This document shows positions 1 to 12,559 of a DNA stretch of 40,313 nt, one piece after another. Within the stretch, counting starts at the first letter, position 1; every line of letters begins with the position of its first letter. A program made the translations under genes and the position numbers. The stretch is from Dimorphilus gyrociliatus. Its lineage: Eukaryota; Animalia; Annelida. The notes under the pieces were generated by a model, which ran no database searches, was not told the origin of the DNA, and saw only the letters and a list, made by a program, of their open reading frames with translations. The DNA is taken from NCBI GenBank assembly GCA_904063045.1, contig CAJFCJ010000132.1, positions 33,320-73,632 of the forward strand, read 5' to 3'.

Positions 1-63
1 GCATGTAAGGTTATGTTTTATTCAAGATAATCCAATTTATATTATCTATTGACTTTTTTATAG

Positions 64-537
64 GTCATTCTTTACAAGGGCAACAAGTTGTACATTCTTT
101 CCAATCAAACCAAATGAAAATAGCCACTGGCTGGTTGATAATACCGCAATAACATACTCAAAAATATCGGATTGCGCAATCAAAAATGTTACAAGTAAGT
201 AAATTTTTACTGGAAATTGCTATTGTTTTTTAAATTGCTATTGTAGATAGTCAATTTGAAATATTTCAAAATTCAAATTTAAAGATTGTTCATACTATAA
301 AAGTCTATTTAAGTTTGGAAAATTGCAAATTATTTTGTAGCACATTTGAAAATTGCAAGTAAATTTCACAAATGAGAATATTTTAATTTCTTTTATAAAA
401 TACCAGTTTATAAATTTATTTTCAAAATAGAGGTTTCACTGAAAAGTTGACAGATATAAAATGGTGTAATTTCTTTGAATCATCTACAGAACAAGTTGAA
501 TTAGTGAATGATACTAATTATATTTATTATCATAAAA
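64..537 (+). CDS. Three internal exons of a PAN/Apple-domain protein (partial; gene begins left of the window, 3' end unresolved)
   Basis: AG/GT-bounded exons 64-194, 247-358 and 431-537 (introns 52 and 72 nt) splice in frame to ...SQFEIFQNSNLKIVHTIKVYLSLENCKLFCSTFENCKGFTEKLTDIKWCNFFESSTEQVELVNDTNYIYYHK. The CxxxC...C...C-x-hydrophobic...YY pattern is PAN/Apple-like. Confidence 0.5.
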
Positions 538-1899
538 GTATGAGTATACTTACATGTCAATATCTCTTTCATATCATCTCTCATATCTCATATCATCAAA
601 GTTAAACTACACTTTATTCTATTATATTTCATTGTAAAAAAAAAAAACATACAATTTAAAAAATGGCACTTGAATAATTCAATTATCTAAAAGAGTCGAG
701 ATAATTACTCAACAAAACTTTTCCATTTTCCAATTGTCCTCCATTTTCACAGAGATATCTATGCCAAAGAAATTCCAGTTGGGTTTGTCATATAATTAAT
801 TATATATATAAATGAATTTGAACAAGAGTTTAGTTTCTATAGATAAGCAATTCCAGTAGAACGAATGGGATATATGGTCTATTGGGTTTGTCATACTACA
901 CTTTGCTGTAGTATTACACAATCATCACACAATCCACATCCTTCTCTTTGTGTTCATTGTTTACAAAATGCAAAAACGAGGGCAAATTCTAAAGGAGAAC
1001 TGTGTATGAATTTGTATAGTATGCTGATTTGGGCCAAAGCAGAAATATTCATTGCATTTTGTATGATTTTTAGAATATTATAAAATTTTTCAAATTTGAA
1101 ATCACAGATATCGATTGAACATTTCTATTGAAAATGAGATAATCAACTGTATTGAATTAATCCCTTCTCTTCAAGATATTATCATTCTCTTCCAAACAGC
1201 TAAAATTCATTTCGCATGAAATTGTTTTCCAAACCATTTTTATGCAGTTGAAACAAAAATACTGCATTTATGGTATCTATGACAAGGTCAACAAGGTTAA
1301 AGATAGAAAGAGTTAACTGGTATAAAATAAATTACAATCGTGATAATTTATTTAACATATGTACAAACTCCTTAAATATAACGAAAATTGACTTTTATTT
1401 TCATTAGATAACTGGTATCAATGCAGTATCATCAAACAATCAGTTTTCAAATGAAAATTGAATGTATCATCAATGAATCATTAATTTTCTTCTGATTCTA
1501 AATCTAACCCTATACAAATCAATTTTAAAGGCAGTTTTCCTTCAATTTCCAAAATTGATCCTTTCAAACATTTTTAATAGGTCATTGTCATATTTTACAA
1601 GTAATGGATTAAAATAAAAATTATCAACATATTGATACTTTCCAAATATATTACTTCATCTGTAAACTTTCATCGTGTAAACATTCATTCGATTCTGTCA
1701 AGCCATTACAAAATTATTTTGGTGCAAGCAACAGCCAAGTCATTTCAACGTGTTCCGATTAATGAAAAATTATCACATTTTTAGTTGGCGAGAAGGTCTC
1801 TTCAAACAATATTTACACAAGGTTTAAAAGCTATTTTGGCAATGAAACTCTGAGGAAGAAAACATCTTGAAGACTTACCAATATCTGGTTGTCCAAGCA

Positions 1900-2620
1900 A
1901 AGATGATTAAGGAGCTGGGATTCACGAAAATTTGTGCTAAATCCATTCCCTATGATCCTAATCACGATTAAAAAAAGAGGTAAGGGTAAGCCATTGTATA
2001 AAGCTACTCAATAGATACACGGCAGAAAAAGAAGCATTTTTGGAAAAATTAGTGACCAGAGATGAAGCTTGGGTTCATCTTTATGATCCTGAATCAAAGA
2101 GGGCTTCCCTAACCTTTAAAGAACACGTCATCTCCACCTGAAAAAAAGCTAAAAATGACTAAATCAGCTGAAAAACTGATGTTTACAGGACCTGTTCAGG
2201 CTTAATCCATGGATTATGGTGTAACACTTAACTCCATACAATATGTTAAGACTCTAAATAGGTTGAGGAAGAGACTGGATAGGATAATGGCTGGAAATCA
2301 GATTATTTTACAGCATGATAATGCCAGACCCCCATACCAGTCTGAACACAACTGATTTCATCAGATTTCATCAGAAATCAGTGATGGTCTGTCCGTCCAC
2401 ATCCCCCATACAGAGCCCTGATTTGGCCCCATGTGATTTTTACCTGTTTGGACGACTGAAAGATCATATCAGGGGAGTTGAATACGAACATTTGGATGAG
2501 TTAAAAAAAGACATCAGGGGATCTTTGAGAAGAAAACCATCCTCCTTTTATCGGAACAGGATAGATCAACTTCTATCCAAATTCTATACTTGGTATATAC
2601 AATTTACTGTAGAGTATTAA
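1900..2620 (+). mobile_element. mariner (DD34D) transposase relic, frameshifted
   Basis: Motifs LVTRDEAWVHLYDPESKR (D1 at 2061), QHDNARPHT (D2 at 2317) and PHPPY/SPDLAPCDFYLF (D3 at 2435). D2 to D3 is 118 nt; removing three small insertions (+1 C, a 10-nt duplication atttcatcag, +2 ag) gives exactly 34 intervening residues. TIRs not identified. Confidence 0.85.
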
Positions 2621-2829
2621 TTTTAATATGATTTTTAAGGTTCAATCAAAAAAGGCTCTAAAATTATGAATTCATCGGAAAGATTGTCACTCAACTATTA
2701 TAGAAAACATCTTGCAGAATTGTTAAGGCAATCATTCGTATTCGAACAACTCGGTATGTATTTACATTCATGAATCTACTCAATCAGAATAGAACATAGT
2801 TAAAAAGGATAGCATATGGAAAATTCTAA

Positions 2830-3840
2830 TTTTTGATTCAGAGATTCAAAGAAAGAAAGATTTCTCAACTATTCAACTATTGCCATTTGGTGAAAAAACA
2901 TATGCTAAACTTACTGATATTGTTACATCAATCAAAATATCAAAGATTAGGAATAAAGAAAAATCTATATAATATTTACAATGATTTTATAGATTATGTT
3001 TTCTCAGTCTTTCAGAGAGTAAAATTCTTCTTGAAGTTGATAAAATACTAAAACAACTTGTGGAAGAAAGTTTAAAAGGTATTTTTTAAATCATTCCATT
3101 TGAATTGAACAATGGAGAGATGCAATTATCAATGTTTTCAAAATTCTCTATCTCAAACTGAACATTTAAATTTTAAATTTGAAAATAAAAACTCAGAACC
3201 GAACTATCTCATCTATACAGACACTCTGAAACCAATTGATACTAGGTCACGTGGATTAAATGATAAACAAGCGCCAACATTGGCGAATACATTGAAAAAA
3301 TGTTGTTCATTACAAATTGTAAATTTAGCTGGTTATAGAAACTTTAACATTGAAATTAAAATGATTTGTAAAGGATTGGAAAATTCTTTGAAAACTTTAA
3401 AATCAATTGTTGTTTCTTCATGTGGGTTAAATGCTGAACAAGCAAAAATATTGGGAAATATGCTTAAACACTGTTGCTCATTAGAAATTATAAATATATC
3501 TTAATTGATATTTTATAAGAAAATACATGCAAAACTAAACTGGTATTCTTCAATAATAACATATTCAAATAACATATTCTTGAATTGAAGGGATATGATA
3601 ATATTCAGATAGAGATATTCAGGGTCGATTCTTTGCCACATTTTGAGTGTAAAGGGTAGTTGGCTATTTGACAGAACTATGCAAGAAATTTATCAACAGA
3701 TTGTTCAAATTGTTCAAAATGATTTTTTGTTGGTTAATCATAAGGATAAGATTAGGGAAATTCCTTCAATCAATTTATCTTTTATTAAAACAATGGGCAA
3801 TGGATTCGAAGACATCTGTAAAGCACTCGTATTGTCTTCT
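2830..3840 (+). pseudogene. RI-type (NLR-like) LRR gene remnant
   Basis: ORF 3112-3504 has LKKCCSLQIVNLAG...ICKGLENSLKTLKSIVVSSCGLNAEQAKILGNMLKHCCSLEIINIS. A further repeat, INLSFIKTMGNGFEDICKAL, lies at about 3766-3830. Same repeat consensus as 7120-8550 and 32412-35040; broken by stops. Confidence 0.7.
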
Positions 3841-3950
3841 ATGGGATTGAGGTCTGGAGAGTATGGAGGCCAATTAAGAACTTGGATTCCACTCTCCTCC
3901 ATTGTCCTGCTGCCAGATGAAGTCTTCACCAAATTTTTTTCTAGTACTAA
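3836..3950 (-). mobile_element. Internally deleted Tc1-type (DD34E) transposase fragment
   Basis: The minus strand reads KKFGEDFIWQQDNG in one frame, immediately followed in another frame by GIQVLNWPPYSPDLNPIE. These are the D2 and E motifs with most of the spacer deleted. Confidence 0.75.
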
Positions 3951-4029
3951 CAAAATTTGCATATATTTGAAAAAGAGTTTTGTTAAAAATGTCGCCTTTC
4001 TCTTTCCAAATAAAAAAGAGAATCATTGA

Positions 4030-4560
4030 CAAAGATTTTGTATCCTTGGATATTTCTTGATAATATTCTCAATAAATTTAAATGTTTCTTCCCTATTTTC
4101 AGTGCAAGAACATTTTTGAAAAAATGTTTCCATTTGATTGTTATTCCAATCTATTAACTCATATGCATAATTACAGGAAGTAATAATTTGTTTGCCTTTC
4201 TAAAGCATCTAAAGTAAATTAATTAGCTCTTGGATAGCTTCAGTTTTTTTTTATACTGATGGTTGAAAAGGTCTGCTAAATCTAGCATTAATGTATTTCA
4301 AAATGATTGATTTAATGATAATTGAAACACAGCTGTTGTACAGAATCCGTTGTGATAAATAGTCTTCAAGCAACTTTCTTATCTTGGTATTTGGATTTTT
4401 TTCTGTTCAGAGTTAAAGTGATTTAAAGCATTTATATCCAAGAATTTGTGCATCTTGAAGATAGTTTTAGTAGAAAATAATTGTTAAATATGAAAACTAT
4501 AATTTCCAATTTGCATCTGAAATTTCATAGAGAAAATTGGTATTCAATACTCTAAAAATA
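4030..4560 (-). pseudogene. Degraded pre-LRR region of the same LRR family
   Basis: Minus strand TAVFQLSLNQSF (about 4290-4335) matches TAVFNLSQNVFEN upstream of the 32.4-35.0 kb LRR gene. 4050-4100 resembles 8660-8700 at DNA level. Many stops. Confidence 0.4.
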
Positions 4561-4717
4561 TTTTGAATTTTTGAATAATTTTGATATTATTTTATTTGGG
4601 ACAGTTGATCCTGGTTTATATCTGCAAGGATATTTTCTAAGTTCAATTAAAAAAAATGTAGCTATATTTAATAAATTTGAATATCTCTGGATAGATTTTT
4701 TACATTTTTATTAATTT

Positions 4718-5905
4718 GGTTTTAAATCTGCCAATTGTTCACAACCTGTATGCGATTACAGCTGTGAACCAAATGGAGTTTGCAGTGCACCAAATAAATG
4801 CTTTGCAGGAGATGATTGTTTATTATTCTCGTGCGAGAAATTGTCATTTTGTTCAGGACACGGCAAATGCCAACAATTTGTTATTTGTTCATGCGAGGAA
4901 AACTGGTTTGGAGATTCTTGTAATATTCCAGGTTGTAGTGGCTTTGGTGATTGTTCAAAGAATGGTCAGTGTATAGGTGCAAATCAATGCCAATGAGAAA
5001 AGGGTTTTGAGGGAGGTGATTGCTCCCTTGAAATTCAACCCAACTTGGCAAAGCCAATATTTCTCAATTCCAATTACTCATCACAGGTATCAGAGTATAC
5101 TGCAGAGGGAAAATTGCTGTTTATCGTTGAAGCAAATGATACAGATAGTGGACAAGCTGGAATGGTATATTACGTAATCAATTCATCTCCCATACCAGTA
5201 TATATTTATACTATCAATAAATGGAAGAATGAAATGGAACAAATGAAATAATAGCTGTGAAATCATCATTAAATACTGGAAAATATGAAGTGATCATAAG
5301 TGTCTATGATAAATCTGATAATCCTTGTACATCAACAGCTAAGGTTACAATATTGATTGTTCCACCTGAAATGAATACAACACTTTTACAAGTTAAACAA
5401 ATTGATGGAGAAGATGATGATAATGATCATGATCAAGTGACAACAAATGGAAATGATAATTTAAAACACTGTAATTTCTTCAAGAACATCAACGGAAAGT
5501 ATTACAACTACAAAACAACCGGAAGTAGAATTGTCAACAACTTCAACGCCAAAGAATAACAATTTAAAAACAACCGAAATGTCTACAAAGCTAAATGCAA
5601 ATATCGAGACAACTGTTCCAGGAATGACCAATAAGGAAACAGAACAATATTCAACTGAAACTTTCACAACTGTTGATGGAATAACAACTAGTACTCAATA
5701 CGAGAATGCAACTGTTGATGACAAAAGTAAAGATCTAAGAACAGAAATTGATGCATTGGAAGATAAAGTTCACAGCTATAAAAGTCTTATGACAGATTTT
5801 GCTGTTGGTTTTATCATTTCAGCTGTCTGTTTAGTAACATCTGTTTGCCAACATCATCTTTTATACCTAATTGTAATATATATTATTATTGTAAAGCTTG
5901 TATAG
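4718..5905 (+). pseudogene. Tenascin-type EGF repeats + one cadherin domain + Thr-rich stalk + hydrophobic TM-like segment; disabled
   Basis: Frame from 4718: GFKSANCSQPVCDYSCEPNGVCSAPNKCFAGDDC...CSGHGKC...CSCEENWFGDSC...CSKNGQCIGANQCQ*EKGFEGGDC. The cadherin part follows (PIFLNSNYSSQVSE...VEANDTDSGQAGMVYY...KYEVIISVYDK), then a Thr-rich stalk and a hydrophobic segment. In-frame TGA at 4994-4996, frameshifts near 5230 and 5465, and a Cys-removing deletion in the first EGF. Confidence 0.8.
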
Positions 5906-6249
5906 AGTATACTAGATTTTGTCAGGATTAGGTTTATCTCATGTTGAAGCCAGTAATCAGTGGCCAAAGATCACAGCAAAAACAGCATTTCAAGAAAATA
6001 GTGATACAAGTGAATATCTTATTTTACCTATGAATTATATTGAAATTTCTCAATGGGTGTGCATTCTAGCCGCTTTTTCTCTACTCAATCATCCCTCCTT
6101 CTCTCTTGAATCACAATCTGTCATTGATGTATAGCCCTCTTTCTTCATGGTTTCCTCAAAAGTCAATTTAAACCTAAGCAAAAAGGGATCTTTTTTTCAG
6201 GTATGAAAAAAAATGTTTGTCTTCAAATTGGTGTCCTAGGTAAAGATTT

Positions 6250-6560
6250 ACGTAATTGTATCTTTAAACTGAAGAAAACTTGCCCCATTGAACTTCCGGT
6301 AACAGTATTCCTTCTATAGAAGGATCATTATCTCTGAATATATTCAAGTGTGAATGTTGTGTCAAGGTGATCTATTGAGTACTATAGAACAAGTAAAATT
6401 GGAAATACCAGTTCATCTGACTGTTCTGTGGCTTTGTCCAAACAAAAAAAAAAAGGATTCTTTTTCACAGCTTCTTGACAAATGTCCAAATTTCTTAGCA
6501 ATTTCTCTCTGAGATGTTTCCTGATAAGCTTGTCAACTGCTTCATTATTTTAATGTGTTA
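6250..6560 (-). mobile_element. Possible highly decayed Tc1-like transposase N-terminus
   Basis: Minus strand ETSQREIAKKFGH (HTH-like) near 6490-6520 and a weak GQVFFS (FSDE-like) near 6270-6290. Short matches only. Confidence 0.3.
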
Positions 6561-7119
6561 CTGATGTTACATCTAGTATGTGTGCTAGTAGGGAAGCGTT
6601 CTTGTTTGTCTTTGTTGCTATTATATTTTTACAATAGTGCCATATTCATGCCACAAAGTTTGGTTTGTCCTCGAGGTATGATATTAGGTTAAAGCTTCTA
6701 TAAATCTACCCTGTAAATACACAAAACACAATGCAATTGTTTAGTATTAAAATAGTATTGAGTTAGGTCTATAGTTTACTATAAAGTATATGTAAGGAAA
6801 TGAAGTGCACAGAAATTAATTTCTTTCATTACAGTTTTCAAATTCATATTATCAAATTAAATCAAAATGTATATATTTCAAAATAGGCTAAAATGTTATT
6901 TGAGTGTAAGTCATGAACAATATAAACTCAATGTCGCTATTCAAAATCTATGTTTAGTTCGTGTTTTAACAGTACCCTCTATTTCAAAATGGCAGCTAAA
7001 GAATATACCAATAAGTTCTATGTGAAATTTTGCTTAGAATCTAGATGAGAATTTTCTTATTAATTAATTCATTCCTTGTATTCATCTTCCAATCCTTTTC
7101 TTTTATTAGAATATATCAG

Positions 7120-8858
7120 TCATTTTCCTTGGTGTTGTCTGTAATTTTGAGAAGATTTTCTGTCCTTAAGGAAACATTTTCCAAAAATAATGCATTCTGT
7201 CTTCTTTCTCTTCTTCAGAAGCTTAAGCTTTAATTCAGGTAACACATTTGAAAATGGTGAACATTTTTGATAATCATCTAAAATACACTCAGAAACATGG
7301 ATATTATTCAAATTTTCTGGTAATTTCCATCTATTAAATGTTCCTTTACTCAATTCTAGATTTTTAAATAGAATAATTCTTTCATTTTGGCAGCCATGTT
7401 TTAAAATATTTTCAATTTCTGTAATAAATTCATTATTACAATTACAAAAATGTAAATCTAGTTTCTTCAAAGTGTTCAATGACATTTGAAGTCCTTCACA
7501 AATATTCAATATTCCATTATTCATGTTCAAATTCCTAGATAAATTTATTGCTTCTATTTTAGAGCATTGCCTTAGTAAATTTCCAATCTGTGTACTCTGT
7601 TCTTCATTTAAATTACAGGTATGAAAATCAAGATTCTTTAAAGTGACTGATGACATTTGAAGTCCATCACAAATGTGCATTAATCCATTTCCCATAAATT
7701 TATTCTTGGCTAAATTTATATTCTCTGTTTTATAACAATGTTTTAGTAAATTTCCAATCTTTGTACTCTGTTCTTCATTTAAATGACAATCATGCATATC
7801 AAATTTCTTTAAAGTGTTTGATGACACTTGTAGTGCATCACAAATGTGCATTAATCCATTTCCCATAAATTTGTTCTTGAATAAAATTATTGCTTCTATT
7901 TTGGAACATTGTTTTAATAAATTTCCAATCTTTGCACTTTGTTCTTCATTTAAATTACAGGAATGAAAATCTATATTCCTCAAAGTGTTTGATGACACTT
8001 GTAGTCCATCACAAATATGCATTATCCCATTTCCCATGAATTTATTTAGTGATAAATTTATTGCTTCTATTTTAGAGCATTGTTTTAATAAATTTCCAAT
8101 CTGTATACTCTGTTCTTCATTTAACTGACAATCATGCGCATCAAATTTCTTCAAAGTGTTTGATGACACTTGAAGTCCTTTACAAATATTCTTCACTCCA
8201 TTACCAATTTCTTTATTCTTGCAAAGAATAATTGTGTCAATATGGAAGCAATGAGTCAGCAAATTTCCAATCTGTATACTTTGTTCTTCGTTTAAATTAC
8301 AAGAATGGAAGTCTAGTTTCTTTAAATTATTCATTGCTTTTTGAAGTTTTGAAGAAACATTCCATATTCCATGCCTAATCTTTGTATTCTCAGATAAATT
8401 GATTGTGTCAATTTTAGAGCAATGTCCCTTTAAATTTTTAACCTTTCTATTTTGTTTTTTATTTATATTACTAGAATGGAAAGTAACACTTTGAAAAGTG
8501 TCTAATGACAATTGAAGTCCTTCACAAACATCAAATATTCCTTCATCCATTTTCTAAGGCCACAGAGATTTCTTTTCACAAAATATTCTTGGTAATAACT
8601 AAAGAATTGTTAGATTTTTCAAAATATTTCAATCAGTTTACAAATTTTTAGAGTCATTAACAAATACTCAACAACATTCAAATTATTCCTTGATAGTGAT
8701 ACAATTTTTCTTGTATTCTTACCTTTAGTTTTATATATTTCACAAAAGATCATGTAATTTCCTGGTTTCAAAATTTTTAATATTATTGCAAAATGGTAAA
8801 AATTTATTATTTTGTAAAAGGGTATCTCTAAATCATAGACAGGAAATTGCCATAGCAA
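7120..8858 (-). CDS. RI-type (NLR-like) LRR protein: 476-aa open LRR block with frameshifted upstream region
   Basis: ORF 7120-8550 has alternating 28-aa (LxxLDFHSCNLNEEQS..) and 29-aa (IEAINLSxNKFMGNG..) repeats, about six 57-aa pairs, as in ribonuclease-inhibitor-class LRRs. The upstream region 8550-8858 is in other frames with stops. No NACHT motif seen. Confidence 0.85.
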
Positions 8859-10156
8859 TACGATACCAGCAGGATTTTAAACAGTCAGCCAAATTTATTG
8901 AGAGTGGGATCAAACAAGTAACTAACCTAAGGTATAGTAACCGTTTTAGAAGTCTGTCTGGTGACAAACTCACCAGCCACTTTTCAATTCACTTGATAAA
9001 TGAGGAATACCTCCAAAAATCTGCAAATGATTTTAAAAGATGGGAAGAAGAATTGCTGCAGTTAAGATTCTCTTCACTCCTGTTGAGAGTTTGGACTTGA
9101 GGTGTTGAAGATGCAATGATAGCTTAGGCTGGGAATTACTACTTTAGATAGTAGGTCCTAACAGTCACACCTACCCTGAGCCTAAAGGGACTTGAAGAGT
9201 GAATACAATAAGGAGATTGCCTATCAGCACTGATTGTTATAATCCCTAATCTTGAGGCCTAGTGCCTAGTCAAAATTTTCTTACCTAGGGATAAAGAGAA
9301 AGAGATCTTGTCCTAAATCTAGATTTTTAGAGCATACTCTCATGCATATGATTCTCACTTCCATGAATGAAAACAATAATATCCCCTGCGTTGTATCACA
9401 CTTGTTCTTTCAAATTACATCAATTTGTTATAAGTTGTCTGAACTACTTTTAAAATGAGCAAACAAACAAATAAATAAGACAGTATGTTATGACAACAAC
9501 ATTGACACTGTTCCCCTATCTTCACCAAATATGGTGAAAGTGATAAGAGCTGTAATGGTGGGGTAGCATATCAGGTGAGGGTTATTAAATGTGGAGTTGC
9601 TATAGCACTACTAATGTAGACTCTTAGCATAGGTTAAAAAACCCTTACTTTTGTTTAGTGTTAGGGTTAGGGTTTTTATCATTTTCTGTATAGCCCTCTT
9701 CATCCTGCCTAAATCTCTCTCTGTAAATTTCTTCTGATAACCCTTATTCTCCTCTTCTGGTGGTTGATACCTAAAAATATTACTAACAGAAGAAGGTTCT
9801 ATGGCCCATAGTTTTCCTAATTCATTGTTTTTCTTAAATACAATAATCCTTGATGTCTTTACTCAATGTCATATTTAAATGAGTACAATAAAACTAAATT
9901 AATATAATTAACAATTAACAATTAATTGATCAAATTGAGCTTAGAAAATGAAATAAATTGAGAAAATTGTTTTTCAAAATGTCTATTTGAATGCCAAAAA
10001 CAGATGTCAAGTAAGTGTTTCAAAAATGATGAAGAGATAGTTGTTGTTCTTTCTCTGTTTCAATCTGTGTTATTTAAGAATAACTCATCAAATATAATGT
10101 AGCTTGTACACACATTTTTTATGAATATTCAGTTTTAGCATAAAATATAGTGAAAG

Positions 10157-10494
10157 TTATCTTAGTATTCTCAAATTACAACATTTTTGTAGTATATTGT
10201 CAATATTTGTTGATTGATTTTCAGTTAGATAACAACAGACTAAACCAAGATATTTCAAAGTATTCCGTGATTGAATTAATCCATGACAAATTGATAATAT
10301 ACCATTTCCCATATTTCTATTACCAGTTAATTCTAGTATTTCTATACAGTAACAATTTTGCAGTAATTTTCTGATAAATATTGATTGATTTTCAGTTAAA
10401 TTACACCATCTAAACTGGATACTTGTTAAGTGATTTGATGATTGGACAAGTCCATCGCAAATATAGGATATACCATTTCCCATTTCCTTATTAG
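10157..10494 (-). pseudogene. RI-type LRR fragment truncated 5' by an LTR-like repeat
   Basis: NKEMGNGISYICDGLVQSSNHLTSIQFRWCNLTENQS...ELTGNRNMGNGILSICHGL... It begins exactly where homology to LTR-like family B ends. Confidence 0.8.
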
Positions 10495-10835
10495 TCACAA
10501 CGAACGCAATTCTGGCAAAAATTTATCAAGGAACCGCCAGTATTTCGTGCAAAGAGTATGTATTGAGCATAATGAGTTTTAGTTCTAAACAAACAAGTTT
10601 AAACAACTAGCTAACAGTTAAAACTGAACTGACGAACTGAGGAAATGCATTTCCTTTTATACATTTACCAAAGCTTGGGTTTAATTGTTCAAAGGATCGC
10701 AAAGTTGAAATGTAATGATCTTACAAAGAACGTACAACAAAGGTATGAAAAACAGTTATATCATATAGGTTATGCATGCGATACTTCGAAAACAAGCCTT
10801 AGTTTTCAGCATCTGTTATTGAATAAGATGTAACA
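10495..10835 (-). repeat. Solo-LTR-like repeat, family B (5' part)
   Basis: Starts TGTTACATCTTA on the minus strand. Near-identical over about 150 nt to 19255-19410; contains CCCAAGCTTTGG and a TATAAAA box. Confidence 0.6.
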
Positions 10836-11899
10836 ATTTTGACATGCATTTTTTCCTGTTCTTTGTTCCATTGTTTATACCACCGTGGCAACATCTGTTT
10901 TATTCAGAGAATAATACTTTGTGCGAACTAAAAGCCTTTCTAGAGTTCAAAGCATCTAATTCCACTAAATAAGGTCTTTCTTAGGTTTGGGTTATTAATT
11001 CCATCAAAAAGTGGTTTTTTTCTAATATTTCACTATTCTAATTCCTTTAAAATAAGATCTATCTAAAGTCTTTATATTATAATTCTTTATATTATAATTC
11101 CAAAGTGCACAAAAGTTTAAAATTTAAGTTCATAATTTAAAAAATATTAAACTTGTATTGCAAAGTTCTCACTTTCAAAGTATACTTTTGCTAAAACATT
11201 GTTCCAGAATAGAAACAATAGATAACCATTGTCAAATTAATATATATAAATATGTTTATTAAACTTGCGATAATGAAATCTATGTTCTACTGTAAGAATT
11301 TGAAAAAAAAGTAAAATCTATAGAACATAGATATGAGATGTTTGTAATATTTTTCCAAGTTTGTATTCATCACATATCTCTTACCATCATCTTTTATTGT
11401 TTTCACATGCTAAAGAAATAGCCTATTTTCACAGTGCAGACAAACTGATGGCTTTGAATCTAGAAGACAAAAGTAAAATATTTACATAATTAAAATGACA
11501 CATTTAAATATCCTACTCAGTGACAATTTTTCATTGACTTTTTAATTGTGTGGTTCGGTTTAACCCTCTAATGGCTACAGTTTAATCCTATTGTGAGTAT
11601 GGTTTAATCCAGGCAATGGCAATCTTTCATTAAATTATCATTAGTTTTCACTTTTTCCAATAATTTCAAGTTTTTCGACAAGTATTCGTTCAATGAAATA
11701 TGCTAAATGTCATGTAACAAAGTCACGTGATGACACTAAAAAGATTGACAGAAATCAATAATATCCATTATTTAGAGATTCAAAGTAAATTTTGAAAAAA
11801 ATATTTTTAAATATGACCTTCACCTTCAAAATAAAACTAATTTAAAAAATCCATTCTTCCTTCTTCTCACTCCTTATATATACATAAAAACAGACAGGT

Positions 11900-12390
11900 A
11901 TACGGCTGTACACATTAAGTAAGACAGTTTCTTCTTTTTCAGTCAGTTTGTCCTCTTTCAGCAAGGGCTAAAAAGAACAGACTGACTATATTAGGTGGAT
12001 AGATCCAGCATCAAATTGACTATCATAGAATCATCTTTACAGATGAGTCAAGATTCTCCAGATGACATGCTTACATGGAAATTACATAATCGACCAAGAC
12101 TATCAAGGGATAAGCTTCCTATTGATGGAGGAGGAGTGATGATGTAGGGGGTGTATATCCTCAGATGATGAAGTTTTCTCAAAACTAATTGATTTTGCTT
12201 CAAGTTATTAAATTAGATTCTTGGCAAAACTTCAATTAACAGAAATTGAATTGATATGGCTGAATAGGCTAAAGTAATATTTATATATTCACCAATACAA
12301 CTACTAATACATTCGGGATTCCAAAGCAAAGTTGTTTTTCCAAATGTAAATTTCTTAAATGTTAATCCTCAGAGAATAAATTAATTATTC
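11900..12390 (+). mobile_element. Tc1-type transposase relic
   Basis: DYHRIIFTDESRFS (12018-12059) and GGGVMM*G (GGSVMVWG-like, about 12127-12150), plus a decayed NPxEN-like stretch near 12365-12378. Confidence 0.65.
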
Positions 12391-12559
12391 ATAATTTACA
12401 AACTTTAGTCAATTGTCAATCAATAGCTTTTCAGAAATGTTTAATTTTCATCATTTATTAGATACTGTTCTAAGTAGGCCTATGACAAAAAATTTATATT
12501 TTATTAAAAATTGGGAATTGATTTAGAAATATGTTTGTTTTACTGAAATTTTCCTTGTC

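Noticed and set aside
865-1083. 72-aa ORF as a gene
   Set aside because: No motif; could be an out-of-frame view of a downstream exon of the PAN gene, but the splicing could not be resolved.
4994-4996. TGA at a conserved Cys position as selenocysteine or a reassigned codon
   Set aside because: The same gene has two frameshifts and a deletion. TGA is used as a normal terminator elsewhere (15358, 38928), and other in-frame stops are TAA/TAG. Simple nonsense decay explains it.
8786-9300. ORF 8786-9100 (+), and a minus-strand PDRLLKRLLY stretch recalling RTE retrotransposon C-termini
   Set aside because: One weak motif and no RT or endonuclease remnants nearby; left unassigned.
9655-9680. TTAGGG repeats as an interstitial telomere or chromosome fusion scar
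   Set aside because: Only about two perfect units, and similar degenerate patches occur inside small mobile elements.
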